A stretch of 64,000 bases of DNA from Bacteroidales bacterium (GTDB lineage: Bacteria; Bacteroidota; Bacteroidia; Bacteroidales; FEN-979): contig JALNWG010000002.1 of NCBI GenBank assembly GCA_023231005.1, forward strand, positions 54,092 to 118,091. The letters are read 5' to 3'. The translations under genes and the position numbers were made by a program. Below are positions 29,429 to 40,429 of the stretch, one piece after another (within the stretch, counting starts at the first letter, position 1; the number at the start of each line of letters is the position of its first letter). The notes under the pieces are model-generated. The model did not search any database and was not told the origin of the DNA. It was given only the letters and a program-made list of their open reading frames with translations.

Positions 29429-31921
29429 TTATCTGATTTGTGCATGTAAATTGGTTGTAAAAGCCTTAACCAACCGATCCATTGATTTCTCAATTTCTTT
29501 TTCGGTCAATGTTTTCTCTTCATCCTGAAGGAAAAAACTCAGGGCATACGATTTTTTTCCAACAGTTAGCTTTTCTCCCTCGTAAACATCAAAAAGTCCT
29601 ACCTGTTTTAATAATTTTCTTTCTGCCTGATAAGCAATTTTTTTAATTTGCTCAAAGGTAACCGATTCATCAACCAACAGGGCAAGATCACGCCTAACTT
29701 CCGGAAATTTTGGTAAATCCTTAAATTGATTCTCTTTTATCGGTAAGAGTGTCAGAAGAAGATCCCAGTTTATTTCCGCATATAGTACCGATTGCCGGCA
29801 ATCAAATAATTTAAGGATTGGTTTACCAAGTGCTCCCATCGAGAGCAGTTCTTTCCCCTTCGCCATATATCGAAATCCATCTGGAATACACTGAGATTGA
29901 GCAGGTTCAACAACACAAATTCCAGGATCAATTCTTAATTTTTTCAGAATTGCTTCAACAAAACCTTTCAGAACAAAAAAATCAACCGGTTGATCTGAGG
30001 TGTTCCAGTTTTCCGATTGCAAACGTCCTGTCATTAAAAGAGCGAGATGCTGTTCTTCCCGGAAACCCGACAAAATCCCTGTACCAAGATCGGAATAAAT
30101 TGCTCCGAACTCATACAGCCAAAGGTCTGCCAGCTTTCGATTTACATTGTACATCATGCTTTCCATAGCCCCATGAAGCAGCGATTGACGCATTACTTCA
30201 AGATCGTGACTCATGGGATTAAGAATTTTAACAGGACCTGACGCAGGCAACCTTGGTTCTTCTGTTTCATAGTAGCCCGGCCTGGTCAATGAATTGTTCA
30301 TGATTTCATGAAAACCATGAGCCGATAAAAAGTCGGAAATCTGATTCTGAATTTTCTCCGGTTCTGGTTTTGTTGAAAATGATATGGAGGTCCGAAGTTC
30401 TTCCGGAAGTTTTATGTTGTTGTACCCATAAACCCGGAGGATTTCTTCAATAACATCGGCTTCCCTTGTAACATCGGCTCTGTTCCCCGGTATTCTAACC
30501 CGGATTCTTTTTTTTGATTCCGGTTCACCTGAACCATTTGGGGAGTTGTCAAGAATCTCAATTCCAAGGTCGGATAAAATATTCCTGACCACCCCATGGT
30601 CAATGGATTGTCCAATTAATCGGTCAAGATGAGCAAATGTCAGGTCGACCACTGGATTGGCAATAGGATTTGGATAAACATCAACAATTTCTGAGGAGAC
30701 CTCTCCTCCTGCTAATTTCTGAATCAATAAGGCAGCGCGTTTCAGAGCAAAAACAGTAATATCATAATCGGCACCGCGTTCGAAACGGAAAGAAGCATCT
30801 GTTTGTAAACCATGATAACGCGATGTTTTCCTGATATGGACCGGATCAAAATAGGCACTTTCCAGGAAAATACGGGTAGTTTTTTCAGTGACTCCGGATT
30901 TAATTCCGCCATATACTCCTGCAATACACATAGGCTCAATCGAATTGCATATCATCAGATCGTTTGAGGTAAGGGAGCGTTCAACCCCATCCAAAGTAAT
31001 AAATTTAGTTTCAGCAGGATATTTTTTTACAATCACGGTATCCCCGGTAATCTGTTCACAATCGAAAGCATGTAGGGGATGTCCAAGCTCCATGAGAATA
31101 AAGTTGGTAACATCCACAATGTTATTAATCGGGCGAATTCCCACTGCCATAAGGCTGTTTTTCAACCAATCGGGAGAATCTTTAACAGTTATTCCGGAAA
31201 TAGTAAGACCGGAATATCTCGGGCAGGCAAGAGGTTCTTCAATGATAACTTTAACATGGTGTCGATCGTGGTTTACCTGGAAATTTGAAACATCGGGTAT
31301 CTGTAATTTTAAATATTCTTTCCGGGTTCCTTCTTTACGTCCAAAATTATTAATAACAGCAATCAGGTCACGGGCAACACCCAGATGGGAAGTTGCATCT
31401 GTTCTATTGGGGGTCAGTCCAATTGTAAATACGTAATCTTCAACTACATTAAAATATTTGGCTGCCGGAGTTCCAACGGGGACATTCGGATCAAGCACCA
31501 GAATTCCTGAATGAGAAGTGCCCAGGCCCAGCTCATCTTCTGCACAGATCATTCCTTCAGAGAGTTCTCCCCTTATCTTTGTCCGTTGAAGGGTAAGTTC
31601 TTTATCATTGAAATACAAGGTACTCCCTAAGGTTGCAACCGCCACCTTCTGACCGGTTGTAACGTTTGAGGCTCCACATACAATTTTCAACGGATCCCCC
31701 GATCCAATATTAACAGTAGTTAGGCTCAGATGGTCGGAATTTGGATGTTTTTCACAGGTCAGCACTTCACCGATCACCACCCCTTTTAATCCCCCCTTTA
31801 CAGATTGGAAGAGTTCCATCCCCTCCACTTCAAGGCCACATCCGGTTAAGTATTCCGCCACCTTGTCAGGCATCAACTCAATATCCAGATAATGTCTGAG
31901 CCAGTTAAATGAAATTTTCAT
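29429..31921 (-). CDS. pheT: phenylalanine--tRNA ligase beta subunit
   Basis: 830 aa. [13 protein letters not shown] start, tRNA-binding OB domain, B3/4 and B5 regions, anticodon-binding-like C-terminus. Confidence 0.95.
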   Translation of the reverse strand: MKISFNWLRHYLDIELMPDKVAEYLTGCGLEVEGMELFQSVKGGLKGVVIGEVLTCEKHPNSDHLSLTTVNIGSGDPLKIVCGASNVTTGQKVAVATLGSTLYFNDKELTLQRTKIRGELSEGMICAEDELGLGTSHSGILVLDPNVPVGTPAAKYFNVVEDYVFTIGLTPNRTDATSHLGVARDLIAVINNFGRKEGTRKEYLKLQIPDVSNFQVNHDRHHVKVIIEEPLACPRYSGLTISGITVKDSPDWLKNSLMAVGIRPINNIVDVTNFILMELGHPLHAFDCEQITGDTVIVKKYPAETKFITLDGVERSLTSNDLMICNSIEPMCIAGVYGGIKSGVTEKTTRIFLESAYFDPVHIRKTSRYHGLQTDASFRFERGADYDITVFALKRAALLIQKLAGGEVSSEIVDVYPNPIANPVVDLTFAHLDRLIGQSIDHGVVRNILSDLGIEILDNSPNGSGEPESKKRIRVRIPGNRADVTREADVIEEILRVYGYNNIKLPEELRTSISFSTKPEPEKIQNQISDFLSAHGFHEIMNNSLTRPGYYETEEPRLPASGPVKILNPMSHDLEVMRQSLLHGAMESMMYNVNRKLADLWLYEFGAIYSDLGTGILSGFREEQHLALLMTGRLQSENWNTSDQPVDFFVLKGFVEAILKKLRIDPGICVVEPAQSQCIPDGFRYMAKGKELLSMGALGKPILKLFDCRQSVLYAEINWDLLLTLLPIKENQFKDLPKFPEVRRDLALLVDESVTFEQIKKIAYQAERKLLKQVGLFDVYEGEKLTVGKKSYALSFFLQDEEKTLTEKEIEKSMDRLVKAFTTNLHAQIR

Positions 31922-31943
31922 GAGTCAAACTGGTTTAAGAGAA

Positions 31944-31951
31944 CAAAAATA
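31944..31951 (-). promoter_or_regulatory. candidate -7 box for pheT
   Basis: Exact TATTTTTG on the minus strand, 22 nt upstream of ATG 31921. Confidence 0.35.
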
Positions 31952-31970
31952 GTAATAAAAACCTTTGGTT

Positions 31971-34082
31971 TTATGAGATCAGTCCCCAATTTTGTTGTCG
32001 AAGATCCATTTGCCGGAGATGGAGTGCCAGTTTGTCATTTTTCTCCAATTTGAGATCCGGGTCATCCAGAAGAATTTCATTAGCCAGGCTTCGCGCATAT
32101 TTGAGGATTTTTTCGTCTTTAACGATATCAGCAATCCGGAGATTGAGGATGCCGCTTTGCTGAGTTCCCTGAAGATCGCCTGGACCACGCAATTGTAAGT
32201 CGGTTTCCGCAATTTCGAAACCATCGGTGGTTCTGACCATGGTTGACAGCCGTTTTCTTGCTTCGGCCGATAATTCATATCCACTAATCAGGATGCAATA
32301 AGCCTGATCATTTCCCCGTCCAACCCGGCCCCGTAGCTGGTGAAGCTGTGAAAGTCCAAACCGTTCTGCATTTTCTATTACCATCACAGCTGCATTGGGA
32401 ACGTCTACCCCTACTTCAATAACGGTCGTCGCTACAAGGATCTGAGTTTTTCTTTCAAGAAATCGTTTCATTTCTTGATCCTTTTCAGTTTGTTTCATCT
32501 GACCATGAATCATACTTACAGCATAACTGGGAGGTGGAAATGCCTGAATAACTGTTTGATATCCATCCATCAGATTTTTCAGATCCAGAGTTTCTGATTC
32601 CTTGATCAGAGGATATACAATGTACACCTGTTGTCCTTCGGCTATTTTATCCTTAAGAAACCTGAAAACCTTTAACTGCTCTTTGTCATAAACATGTTTG
32701 GTCAAAACCGGTTTTCTTCCGGGGGGCATTTCATCAATTACGGAACTGTCAAGATCTCCATATAGGGTCATCGCAAGCGTACGTGGTATTGGCGTTGCAG
32801 TCATAACCAGCACATGGGGAGTCACCACGCTTTTTTCCCATAATTTAGCACGCTGGGCTACCCCAAAGCGATGTTGTTCATCGATTACGACAAGTCCCAA
32901 CTTTTTAAATTGAACATTTTCTTCGATCAGGGCATGGGTTCCGATGAGTAAATGAATATCTCCTAAGAGCAATCCTTTCTGAATTTCCTTCCTTTCTTTC
33001 TGTTTGGTAGAACCGGTAAGTAATTTAACATTGACATCCAAACCGGACAACATTCCTGAAATGGTTTGAAAATGCTGCTTAGCCAAGATTTCAGTAGGAG
33101 CCATGAGGCAACTTTGATAATTATTATCAAGGGCAATAAGGATGGTCATTAAAGCAACAAGTGTTTTCCCGCTGCCGACATCTCCCTGTAAAAGCCGGTT
33201 CATTTGGTTTCCCGAACCCAAGTCGGCACGGATTTCTTTGATCACCCGTTTTTGAGCGTTTGTAAGTTCAAAGGTGAGGTGATGAAAGTAAAATTGATTG
33301 ACAAAGTCTCCAACCTTAAGAAATTTATTCCCAGACTTCTTATTTAGTCTGCCAATCCGTTGTTTAGCTAACCGCAACTGGATAAAAAACAATTCTTCAA
33401 ATTTCAAGCGGATCTGAGCTTTTTTCAGCAACTCAGGGGATTGAGGAAAATGAATATTAACAAATGCATCCTGGCGGTTGATCAGATGCAATGCAGTAAG
33501 AATCTCAGGGGTAAGATTTTCCTGGATCAGAAATTTTGGATGAAGAAGCAAATTTTTTACAAGTCTACCCAATCCTTTATAATCCAGACCTTTAGATTTA
33601 AGCTTTTCTGTCGAACTATAAATAGGGCGAATAATTTCGCGTAAGGGCAATGGTTTTACGGGAGGAATTTCAAGTTCCGGATGTGGAATATTCCAGTGTC
33701 CATTGAAAACACTGGGTTTTCCAAAAATAATATATTCCTGAAGCGGGGATAATTTTTCAGCTACCCATTTAATTCCTTGAAACCAAACAAGTTCAATTTC
33801 TCCGGTTTCATCACGAACGGTAGCCACTAACCGTTGATTCCTGGGAGTCCCAATGGTTTGAATTCGAACAACTTTAGCTTTGATTTGAATATAAGAGTTT
33901 TCCTCTTTTATTTCAGAAATTTTTAAAAATTTGCTCCGGTCTACATACCGAAAAGGGAACAAGGTAAGAAACTCCCCAAAAGTGGATACTTGTAACTCCT
34001 TCTTCAGCAATTCTGCTCTGATCGGACCTACGCCTTTTAAATATTCTATTGGCGTTTCCAAAAATGTAAACGTTTGCTGCAT
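31971..34082 (-). CDS. recG: ATP-dependent DNA helicase RecG
   Basis: Walker A GDVGSGKT, DEQHRFG, QLRGRVGRG. ATG 34082 preferred: the ORF-track TTG 34124 lies upstream of a TACATTTG box and abuts the gldN terminator. Confidence 0.95.
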   Translation of the reverse strand: MQQTFTFLETPIEYLKGVGPIRAELLKKELQVSTFGEFLTLFPFRYVDRSKFLKISEIKEENSYIQIKAKVVRIQTIGTPRNQRLVATVRDETGEIELVWFQGIKWVAEKLSPLQEYIIFGKPSVFNGHWNIPHPELEIPPVKPLPLREIIRPIYSSTEKLKSKGLDYKGLGRLVKNLLLHPKFLIQENLTPEILTALHLINRQDAFVNIHFPQSPELLKKAQIRLKFEELFFIQLRLAKQRIGRLNKKSGNKFLKVGDFVNQFYFHHLTFELTNAQKRVIKEIRADLGSGNQMNRLLQGDVGSGKTLVALMTILIALDNNYQSCLMAPTEILAKQHFQTISGMLSGLDVNVKLLTGSTKQKERKEIQKGLLLGDIHLLIGTHALIEENVQFKKLGLVVIDEQHRFGVAQRAKLWEKSVVTPHVLVMTATPIPRTLAMTLYGDLDSSVIDEMPPGRKPVLTKHVYDKEQLKVFRFLKDKIAEGQQVYIVYPLIKESETLDLKNLMDGYQTVIQAFPPPSYAVSMIHGQMKQTEKDQEMKRFLERKTQILVATTVIEVGVDVPNAAVMVIENAERFGLSQLHQLRGRVGRGNDQAYCILISGYELSAEARKRLSTMVRTTDGFEIAETDLQLRGPGDLQGTQQSGILNLRIADIVKDEKILKYARSLANEILLDDPDLKLEKNDKLALHLRQMDLRQQNWGLIS

Positions 34083-34097
34083 ACTTACCAATTGAAG

Positions 34098-34105
34098 CAA
34101 ATGTA
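34098..34105 (-). promoter_or_regulatory. candidate -7 box for recG
   Basis: Exact TACATTTG on the minus strand, between the gldN terminator and ATG 34082 (15 nt upstream). Confidence 0.4.
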
Positions 34106-34126
34106 CTGATTTTGAATTTTTCAACT

Positions 34127-34159
34127 AAAAAAAAACTCTCCTTGGCGGGGAGAGTTTTT
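34127..34159 (-). terminator. intrinsic terminator after gldN (end of the gldKLMN unit)
   Basis: Stem CTCTCC/GGAGAG (34136-34141 / 34149-34154) with a 7-nt loop, extended by A:T pairs. On the minus strand it is followed by a 9-U run. Lies 30 nt after the gldN stop. Confidence 0.75.
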
Positions 34160-34188
34160 CATAACTGTTCATCCGGTATGAGATATTA

Positions 34189-35046
34189 TTAATATTCCCA
34201 AAGGTCCGATTCAAATTCAAATAAACTGTTTTTTGCTTTTTCCGCTTCAAGAAGTGCGTCAACTCCAACAGTATATTCATTGATGGACCGGTCATATACA
34301 TTTTCTTCCTTATAAATATAACTGGAAAAAATTCGCTTCATAAAGACATCGTCGTAAGTCAATCGGCCTGCAGAACCATTTTTCATGTTGAACATTTCAT
34401 TTTTTGCAAACAGGTTCCTGCATTCAGGGAAATAGATCCAAAAAAGATTTTTTTCGAAACGTTTTTCTCCGGTAGTTTTATCAATTTCGTCCACTACAGG
34501 ACAAATTCCCAGGATTCTAACCGCCATTTCAGATCGTTGCCGATCGAAATAAAAGTCTTCCTTTATTTTCAATTTTTTTACGTTAGCCGGGTCAAATTCG
34601 GTTTTAATAACCGTATCAAACATGATATCCGGGTTATCAGGACGGGGTAATTTAACGGTATCCTCCCGTTCAAGTTTATCTTTTACTTCTTTATAGGTAA
34701 GGGGGACCAAAAACTGATCCGATTCACTGGAATAAGCGGTAATCGTTCCTTCTCGTAATCCATCCATAATAATGGTAACGAAACTCCGCCAGGAATTTTG
34801 TGGTCTTTCAGGAAAATAAAAAGGTTCGTTCATTTTTTCCCGGAAATCAATTACCCGCCAGATCCGTCTTGTCCAGATAACATCGGCTTCGCGGAGGTAC
34901 GTATAAGGGATGGGTTGTACTTGAGTGATGGCGGTTTTATCATAAACTCCGTCCCGCGGAGGGCCTTCAAGAACCTGGGCTTCGCTTGTAAGTTTTAAAC
35001 CCATCAAGAAAAATGAGCATAAAACCAGAAAAAATACTTTTTTCAT
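34189..35046 (-). CDS. gldN: gliding motility / T9SS protein GldN (PorN)
   Basis: Signal peptide MKKVFFLVLCSFFLMGL from ATG 35046. RRIWRVIDFREKMN is a typical GldN motif. Last gene of gldKLMN. Confidence 0.85.
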   Translation of the reverse strand: MKKVFFLVLCSFFLMGLKLTSEAQVLEGPPRDGVYDKTAITQVQPIPYTYLREADVIWTRRIWRVIDFREKMNEPFYFPERPQNSWRSFVTIIMDGLREGTITAYSSESDQFLVPLTYKEVKDKLEREDTVKLPRPDNPDIMFDTVIKTEFDPANVKKLKIKEDFYFDRQRSEMAVRILGICPVVDEIDKTTGEKRFEKNLFWIYFPECRNLFAKNEMFNMKNGSAGRLTYDDVFMKRIFSSYIYKEENVYDRSINEYTVGVDALLEAEKAKNSLFEFESDLWEY

Positions 35047-35063
35047 ATCACCTCCAGATATTA

Positions 35064-36674
35064 TCAATTCAATTTCAGACTAAGATTTGTATTGACTTTA
35101 CGGGTTCCGTCCGGTCCTTTAACATAAATATCATCAAACCAGATACGTTGATTTCTGCGGGCATTGTTGACCACTTTCAGGATTTCCGGTGTAAGCCGAT
35201 TCCCCTGAACTTTGATATCGCTTCCTTCTCCAGCTGATGTAGCGGTGGAAAAAACGAAGGAGGTAACAGTATATCTTAAATCAAAATCGAATCCAGGAGT
35301 CATTTCTGGAACCAGGAAAGGACTGGCAAGCAATAAACTTTTCGAAATAAACCCCTCGTTTTTACCGGCAATTTTAATGATCGGATCAGGTACCGTTTTT
35401 AATCTGAATTTGTACGATCCCATGTTTTTACTTTTCCCCGAAAACACAGCATTTACACTGATCACAGCTTCACGGGCTCCGTTAGTTGTAAGACCTGAAA
35501 CAATCCATTCTTTTCCATCCTGTCGAATGCTCCCTGTAGAGATAGACGGGACAATGCGTTCCGGGCCTCCAGGTACGCTAATTTCGACGGGATTATCAAC
35601 TCCGATATAGAAAACATTCATTTTGATCGGGGAGATAGTAATGGCAGGCTTTGCAACAATAAATTCATCCTTGAAGTGGAAGGTCATTGTATCACCAAGA
35701 GGACTAACCACTTTGATAATTCCAGCATATTTTTTAAGTCCTTCGGAAGAGCCACCCAATTTCAAAATCACCACACCATTGGATCCTTCTAATGAAGTAG
35801 CATTTTTAAAGTTCGCCGGAGTAAGAGTGTCAGACCCAAGAGCATAACGGACATCCGGATTTTGTTTTGTATCATAAGCTCCCACAAGTATTTCAGCCTG
35901 ATATTCTTCGCCTAAGAAAATATAGCTGCTACGCGGAATAACTTTAGCTTGAATTTTATCAAATTTGAAATTCAATGCATCAATGGAGCCATACAAATTA
36001 TTTACCACATCGAATTCCGCATTGTATACTTCCGCTTTTATATTATTTAAAATCGTTACCGTTGCAGCTAAAATCGTATGGTAGAAATTATGCATCTCCC
36101 AATTTTGCTTATTCCCATCTGCATCATAAAAAGGGCCTTTGGTATCCATTCCCATTTTAATTGAATTGCGAAATTTTGGATCAACCAAATCAAGCATCTG
36201 CTTTTTATACAATTCTATTTTTTCCTTTAAAACTTTTGATGCACCGGCTGAACCATCTTGAGAACTACCAATAAATACATTGGTTGGCACATCAAAATTT
36301 TCCTTTCGTTTGGCATTTCTCAAAATAAGCTTTCTGGCTTCATCCATCGTACTCATTTTTTCAGTACGCATGATTACCAGATACTTCAGACTGTCAATAT
36401 ATTTTGAAAAATTATTAGAAAGAGCATGAGCCTGTTGAGCTTTTGCCCAAAAGGGACCAACCTTATTAGGATTGAGTTGATATTGAATTTTAAACTTTGA
36501 ATAGGTATTTTCAAGTTTTTTCGAAAGGTTTTCATTGGTGGTTTCCATACTTTCGTTAACCACAAGAAAGGCATCCATGAGTTGTTTTGAGACGTTCAAC
36601 GCTAGCATTGCAGTAAGGACGAGATACATCATCCCAATCATCTTTTGCCTCGGTGTCTCTTTATATCCTGCCAT
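35064..36674 (-). CDS. gldM: gliding motility / T9SS protein GldM (PorM)
   Basis: N-terminus PRQKMIGMMYLVLTAMLALNVS (conserved GldM TM helix), 536 aa periplasmic body. Confidence 0.9.
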   Translation of the reverse strand: MAGYKETPRQKMIGMMYLVLTAMLALNVSKQLMDAFLVVNESMETTNENLSKKLENTYSKFKIQYQLNPNKVGPFWAKAQQAHALSNNFSKYIDSLKYLVIMRTEKMSTMDEARKLILRNAKRKENFDVPTNVFIGSSQDGSAGASKVLKEKIELYKKQMLDLVDPKFRNSIKMGMDTKGPFYDADGNKQNWEMHNFYHTILAATVTILNNIKAEVYNAEFDVVNNLYGSIDALNFKFDKIQAKVIPRSSYIFLGEEYQAEILVGAYDTKQNPDVRYALGSDTLTPANFKNATSLEGSNGVVILKLGGSSEGLKKYAGIIKVVSPLGDTMTFHFKDEFIVAKPAITISPIKMNVFYIGVDNPVEISVPGGPERIVPSISTGSIRQDGKEWIVSGLTTNGAREAVISVNAVFSGKSKNMGSYKFRLKTVPDPIIKIAGKNEGFISKSLLLASPFLVPEMTPGFDFDLRYTVTSFVFSTATSAGEGSDIKVQGNRLTPEILKVVNNARRNQRIWFDDIYVKGPDGTRKVNTNLSLKLN

Positions 36675-36730
36675 TTAAATCGAATTTATTAAGGTAAATC
36701 TTCTGAATTAATTGGTTCGTGTGACGGACC

Positions 36731-37765
36731 CTATTTTGTTCCAATATTCATAGCTGAAAGCATATTGCCATAGACTTTATTAAGAGCTACAATATTTTTA
36801 GTCAGATTATCTACCTCCACCTTGAATTTTTCAGTATTGGCCAGAGATTCGTTCAAGTTCGTAGTGAATTTGGTCAAAACAGAATTAAATTTATTAGAAT
36901 TGTCCATCTGTTGGTTAGATCCCTGAAGATGGAGTTCATATAATGCATTAAGGGCAGAAAGATTTGAGGAAATCTTTTGCAGTTCCTTATTATATTGTGC
37001 TCCCCCGGCCGCTGAAGCGTTTAAAGTTTCAGCGGTTTTTGACAGGATATTGGCAGATTCGCTATATTTTTCAATGAATTTATTGGCTGAAGCAGCGGCA
37101 TTGGATATACTGGTAGTAAACGTTTTATTTGCAGTGATATCTTCTTTCAGGGATTCCGATACCTCTGCAAACATAGTAGAGAGGGAAGCAGCGCTTTTTG
37201 CAGTAGATTTAATATGAGTGAGCTGTTCTTCTGAAGCGTGTGCGCTCTGTTCCAGAGTATGTGCAGTTTTGCGATAAGAATCGTTCAGTATGGAAGCAGA
37301 TTCCGTAGCAGTTTTGATAGAAGTGACATATTTATCATTCGCCAAGGTAGCATCGGCGACACTGGATAATTTTGAGGTAGTCTCGCTCAGGCTTCTCAAT
37401 CCCGCCCCTAAACTTTCAATCAACTCCGGTCCGACTTTAGCTTTTTCGAGCATTTTATCCAGCTCCTGAGTAACCGTATCTTTGGTTGTAAAGGCTTTTG
37501 AAGCATCAACTTCATCATTGTGGTAAATTCCGGCTAACTGCGGATAAACGAGACTCCAGTCGGGTTCAACATGGGGTGGTTCGAAGGCGGAAAAGAAGAA
37601 GATGATTGCCTCACATCCCATTCCGCAAATCAGCATAATATCGGCACCGGTATAGTGGTTGATTTTAAACAATGCTCCAAGAATTACAACAGAAGCGCCC
37701 CAGCCATATAATTTGGCCATAAAGTTTTTATAATGCTTTGTTTTATTAAAATCGGAAAATGACAT
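36731..37765 (-). CDS. gldL: gliding motility / T9SS motor protein GldL (PorL)
   Basis: Two N-terminal TM helices (LYGWGASVVILGALFKI, MLICGMGCEAIIFFFSAFEPP) followed by a Ser/Ala/Thr-rich helical cytoplasmic domain. Confidence 0.85.
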   Translation of the reverse strand: MSFSDFNKTKHYKNFMAKLYGWGASVVILGALFKINHYTGADIMLICGMGCEAIIFFFSAFEPPHVEPDWSLVYPQLAGIYHNDEVDASKAFTTKDTVTQELDKMLEKAKVGPELIESLGAGLRSLSETTSKLSSVADATLANDKYVTSIKTATESASILNDSYRKTAHTLEQSAHASEEQLTHIKSTAKSAASLSTMFAEVSESLKEDITANKTFTTSISNAAASANKFIEKYSESANILSKTAETLNASAAGGAQYNKELQKISSNLSALNALYELHLQGSNQQMDNSNKFNSVLTKFTTNLNESLANTEKFKVEVDNLTKNIVALNKVYGNMLSAMNIGTK

Positions 37766-37811
37766 AGGATGAAGAAATTAATTGTTAATGATAAAGATCG
37801 GATTAGTTATA

Positions 37812-39179
37812 TTATCTGTAGACTTTAGATGCTCTGGCAGGGTTATCATCACGCTGCCGTCCTAGGAAATTCTGTACACACCGGAACCCGATGTAACATT
37901 TAGAGGTATCCTGATATTCATAAGCGCGGGTAGAAACGCGGAGGAAATATGCGACATCCTTCCATGAGCCACCCCGGGTTACTTTTCGTTTCATGGCAGG
38001 AGGGTCAGAATCCTTGGCATTGTATTTATAATCAGGATTCAGATCCCAGGCAAAGTTATAAGAAGATGGATGAAAGGCTGTAACTGTCCATTCTGCAACA
38101 TTTCCGGCCATATCATATAATCCATAATCATTAGCTGGGTAATGGGCCACAATTACAGTAGTGGCTCCCCCATCAACGATATAGTCGCCGCGCATAGGTT
38201 TAAAGTTGGCAAGGAAGCATCCTTTGTCATTGCGGGTATAAGGACCACCCCACGGATAGGGGTTTTCATCATAGCCACCCCGTGCAGCCCATTCCCATTC
38301 ACCTTCGGTAGGCAGACGGAAATCACTGATGCCTGACTCTCCTTTTTTCCCATAGAGGTAACTGTTTTTCAGTTGCGTACGCCAGATACAGAACGCATTA
38401 GCCTGGCGCCAGCTCACACCTACAACCGGGTAATTATCGTAAGCAGGATGCCAAAAATATTTTTCAGTACTTGGATCATTAAAAGAATACGCATAATCAT
38501 GAATCCAGCAAAGTGTATCAGGATAAACATTGATAACCTCTTTCCTGACATATACTGAACGATCTTTTAACCCCTGGGGACGATTTGCAAGACTTGCATC
38601 TTTAAGATCCGAGGGAGCAGTAAAATCTTTTCTTGAGGCTGCCTTAAGATCAACAAAATAGTATTCAAAATATAGCTTGCGGGTATCAATTTCTTTCCTT
38701 CTGAAATAGCGTTCATTTTCAGGAAGGTACATCTGTGCCAATGCATCCCTTATTTCGGCTTGATCTGAGCCCCACTCCAGCTTGGTTTCCCAATTCAGGT
38801 AAGGAGGATCAAAAGTTTCGCCTGTCTTCTTGTTTTCAGTTACAAAATAGAGTTCAGGTTTTACTTCACCTAAAATCCGACGTGCAATGGAATCCCGCAC
38901 CCAATAAACGAACTGACGGTATTCATTGTTTGTAATTTCAGTCTGATCCATGTAAAAGGCTTGAACTGTAACTGTTTTAGGGTTGTTGAGTTGAGCATAC
39001 GGCATATCTTCACCACTCACTCCCATGGTATAAGAACCCATGGGAACGTAGACCATGCCAAACGGGTCGGGGCTGAAGTATCGCTTGCGGTTCTTGACTC
39101 CCGTAAGCTCACCGCTTCCTGAGTTACCGCAGCTTGCCAGAAAAAGGAGCAGTGCAGAATAAATGAGCAGTTTTTTCAT
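37812..39179 (-). CDS. gldK: gliding motility / T9SS lipoprotein GldK (PorK), FGE-sulfatase fold
   Basis: Lipoprotein signal LLLFLASCGN. FGMVYVPMGSYTMG and RGGSW motifs of the SUMF1/FGE-like family. Confidence 0.9.
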   Translation of the reverse strand: MKKLLIYSALLLFLASCGNSGSGELTGVKNRKRYFSPDPFGMVYVPMGSYTMGVSGEDMPYAQLNNPKTVTVQAFYMDQTEITNNEYRQFVYWVRDSIARRILGEVKPELYFVTENKKTGETFDPPYLNWETKLEWGSDQAEIRDALAQMYLPENERYFRRKEIDTRKLYFEYYFVDLKAASRKDFTAPSDLKDASLANRPQGLKDRSVYVRKEVINVYPDTLCWIHDYAYSFNDPSTEKYFWHPAYDNYPVVGVSWRQANAFCIWRTQLKNSYLYGKKGESGISDFRLPTEGEWEWAARGGYDENPYPWGGPYTRNDKGCFLANFKPMRGDYIVDGGATTVIVAHYPANDYGLYDMAGNVAEWTVTAFHPSSYNFAWDLNPDYKYNAKDSDPPAMKRKVTRGGSWKDVAYFLRVSTRAYEYQDTSKCYIGFRCVQNFLGRQRDDNPARASKVYR

Positions 39180-39260
39180 TTTTGGCCGATTTATGGATGA
39201 AAAATAACGCTTCTTGTTGAGTTATATTATGTTAATCTTCTATTTTTTCAATTAAAACTG

Positions 39261-39268
39261 CAAATTTA
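39261..39268 (-). promoter_or_regulatory. candidate -7 box for gldK (internal promoter between porP and gldK)
   Basis: Exact TAAATTTG on the minus strand, 12 nt after the porP stop and about 81 nt upstream of the gldK ATG 39179. Confidence 0.4.
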
Positions 39269-39279
39269 CGCTTTTTCTT

Positions 39280-40260
39280 TTACAGGAACCTTGTATTCCG
39301 GTAACTTTTTCGGAATTTATCTGTATCTATCTTAAAGCAGTAGCTGATCAGTATTTCTAACCCACCGCTGTTAAATTTCCTGAGCATTGAAGTGCATATA
39401 TCATAAGCAACTCCAACTCGAAGGCTTTTTATGTTGATCCCTGCCAAAATGGAAACCGCATCCTGAAAGCGGTACCCAAGTCCACCATAAAATTTATTAT
39501 TGTACATACCCAATGCAGTAGCGCTAAACTGAAAAACAGCGCCATCATACATAAACAATACCGATGGTAAAAGCTCAAAAGCGGGGTGATCGGGAATAAT
39601 CCATTGATATCCCCCGGTAAGATAAAATGTACGGCGCGATTGTAAGTAAATCTTTTTACTTTTGGATTGTAACAGGTTTTCTCCTGAAAGACCGATATAG
39701 AATTTTTCAGGTACCTTATATAATAATCCGGCGCTTAAATCAAAACTCATATCACTGGTTTTCTCAGAATTTGAAAGGAGAGGATCTCCATCATCTGCAG
39801 GATTGAACTTCGAGAAATCATAGGTTCCATTTTGAAACCCGACCTGAAGGCCGAATGACAAATCCCCGGAACCAGCATCCATTTTATAGGCATATCCAAC
39901 CTTTAACCCGATATTTTTATAATAGCCAAGCTGGTCCTGGGATATTGATCCCCCGATTCCTCCATGCAATGCTTTGATGGGTGAATCGGCTGTGAGTAAA
40001 AAAGTTTGAGGGGCTGTTTTGGTTCCATCAGCTTCCTTGAATCCAATCCATTGCTGGCGTGCAAGACCGGTTATACAAATTCCCCCGCTGTTTCCTGCAA
40101 AGGCAGGATTGATAGCCATATTGGTAAACATGTAGTGGGTGATCAAAGTAGGTTGCTGGGCAACAAGTTGATTTTGTAGAAACACACAAATGATAAAAAG
40201 AAGAAAAATGAACTTCTCCCCACCCTTACAAATGAATTTGTTTATTGTGGCAGTCAACAA
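39280..40260 (-). CDS. porP: PorP/SprF family T9SS outer-membrane protein
   Basis: QQPTLITHYMFTNMAINPAFAG signature after a signal peptide, with beta-barrel-like alternation to the C-terminus. Only a TTG (40260) is available upstream of the signal peptide, so the start is uncertain. Confidence 0.8.
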   Translation of the reverse strand: MLTATINKFICKGGEKFIFLLFIICVFLQNQLVAQQPTLITHYMFTNMAINPAFAGNSGGICITGLARQQWIGFKEADGTKTAPQTFLLTADSPIKALHGGIGGSISQDQLGYYKNIGLKVGYAYKMDAGSGDLSFGLQVGFQNGTYDFSKFNPADDGDPLLSNSEKTSDMSFDLSAGLLYKVPEKFYIGLSGENLLQSKSKKIYLQSRRTFYLTGGYQWIIPDHPAFELLPSVLFMYDGAVFQFSATALGMYNNKFYGGLGYRFQDAVSILAGINIKSLRVGVAYDICTSMLRKFNSGGLEILISYCFKIDTDKFRKSYRNTRFL

Positions 40261-40311
40261 TGAAATGGATTATTTATAAAAACGGGTAAAAGTACATTTT
40301 TTTTTATTACT

Positions 40312-40337
40312 CAATTTAAACACATCCCAATTTAAAC
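40312..40337. repeat. 10-bp direct repeat CAATTTAAAC x2 (16-bp period) in the porP/yitT divergent region
   Basis: CAATTTAAAC at 40312-40321 and 40328-40337, followed by the ATCAA-rich tract tcaATCAAATCAAgATCAAg (40338-40357). The sequence fact is certain; function is unknown. Confidence 0.6.
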
Positions 40338-40429
40338 TCAATCAAATCAAGATCAAGAGTTATTTTGCGCTGAATCTTTAAGAATTTAACGATATTTTCG
40401 CAGAAATGTTTCCTGTTTAAAGGAATTTC

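Noticed and set aside
30888-31436. 182-aa plus-strand ORF inside pheT
   Set aside because: Antisense shadow ORF with no recognisable domain. The pheT frame is continuous and homologous throughout.
37578-37585. GGTTCGAA, a tRNA T-loop-like octamer
   Set aside because: It lies inside the gldL reading frame with no flanking acceptor or anticodon stems. No tRNA-sized non-coding gap exists anywhere in the window.
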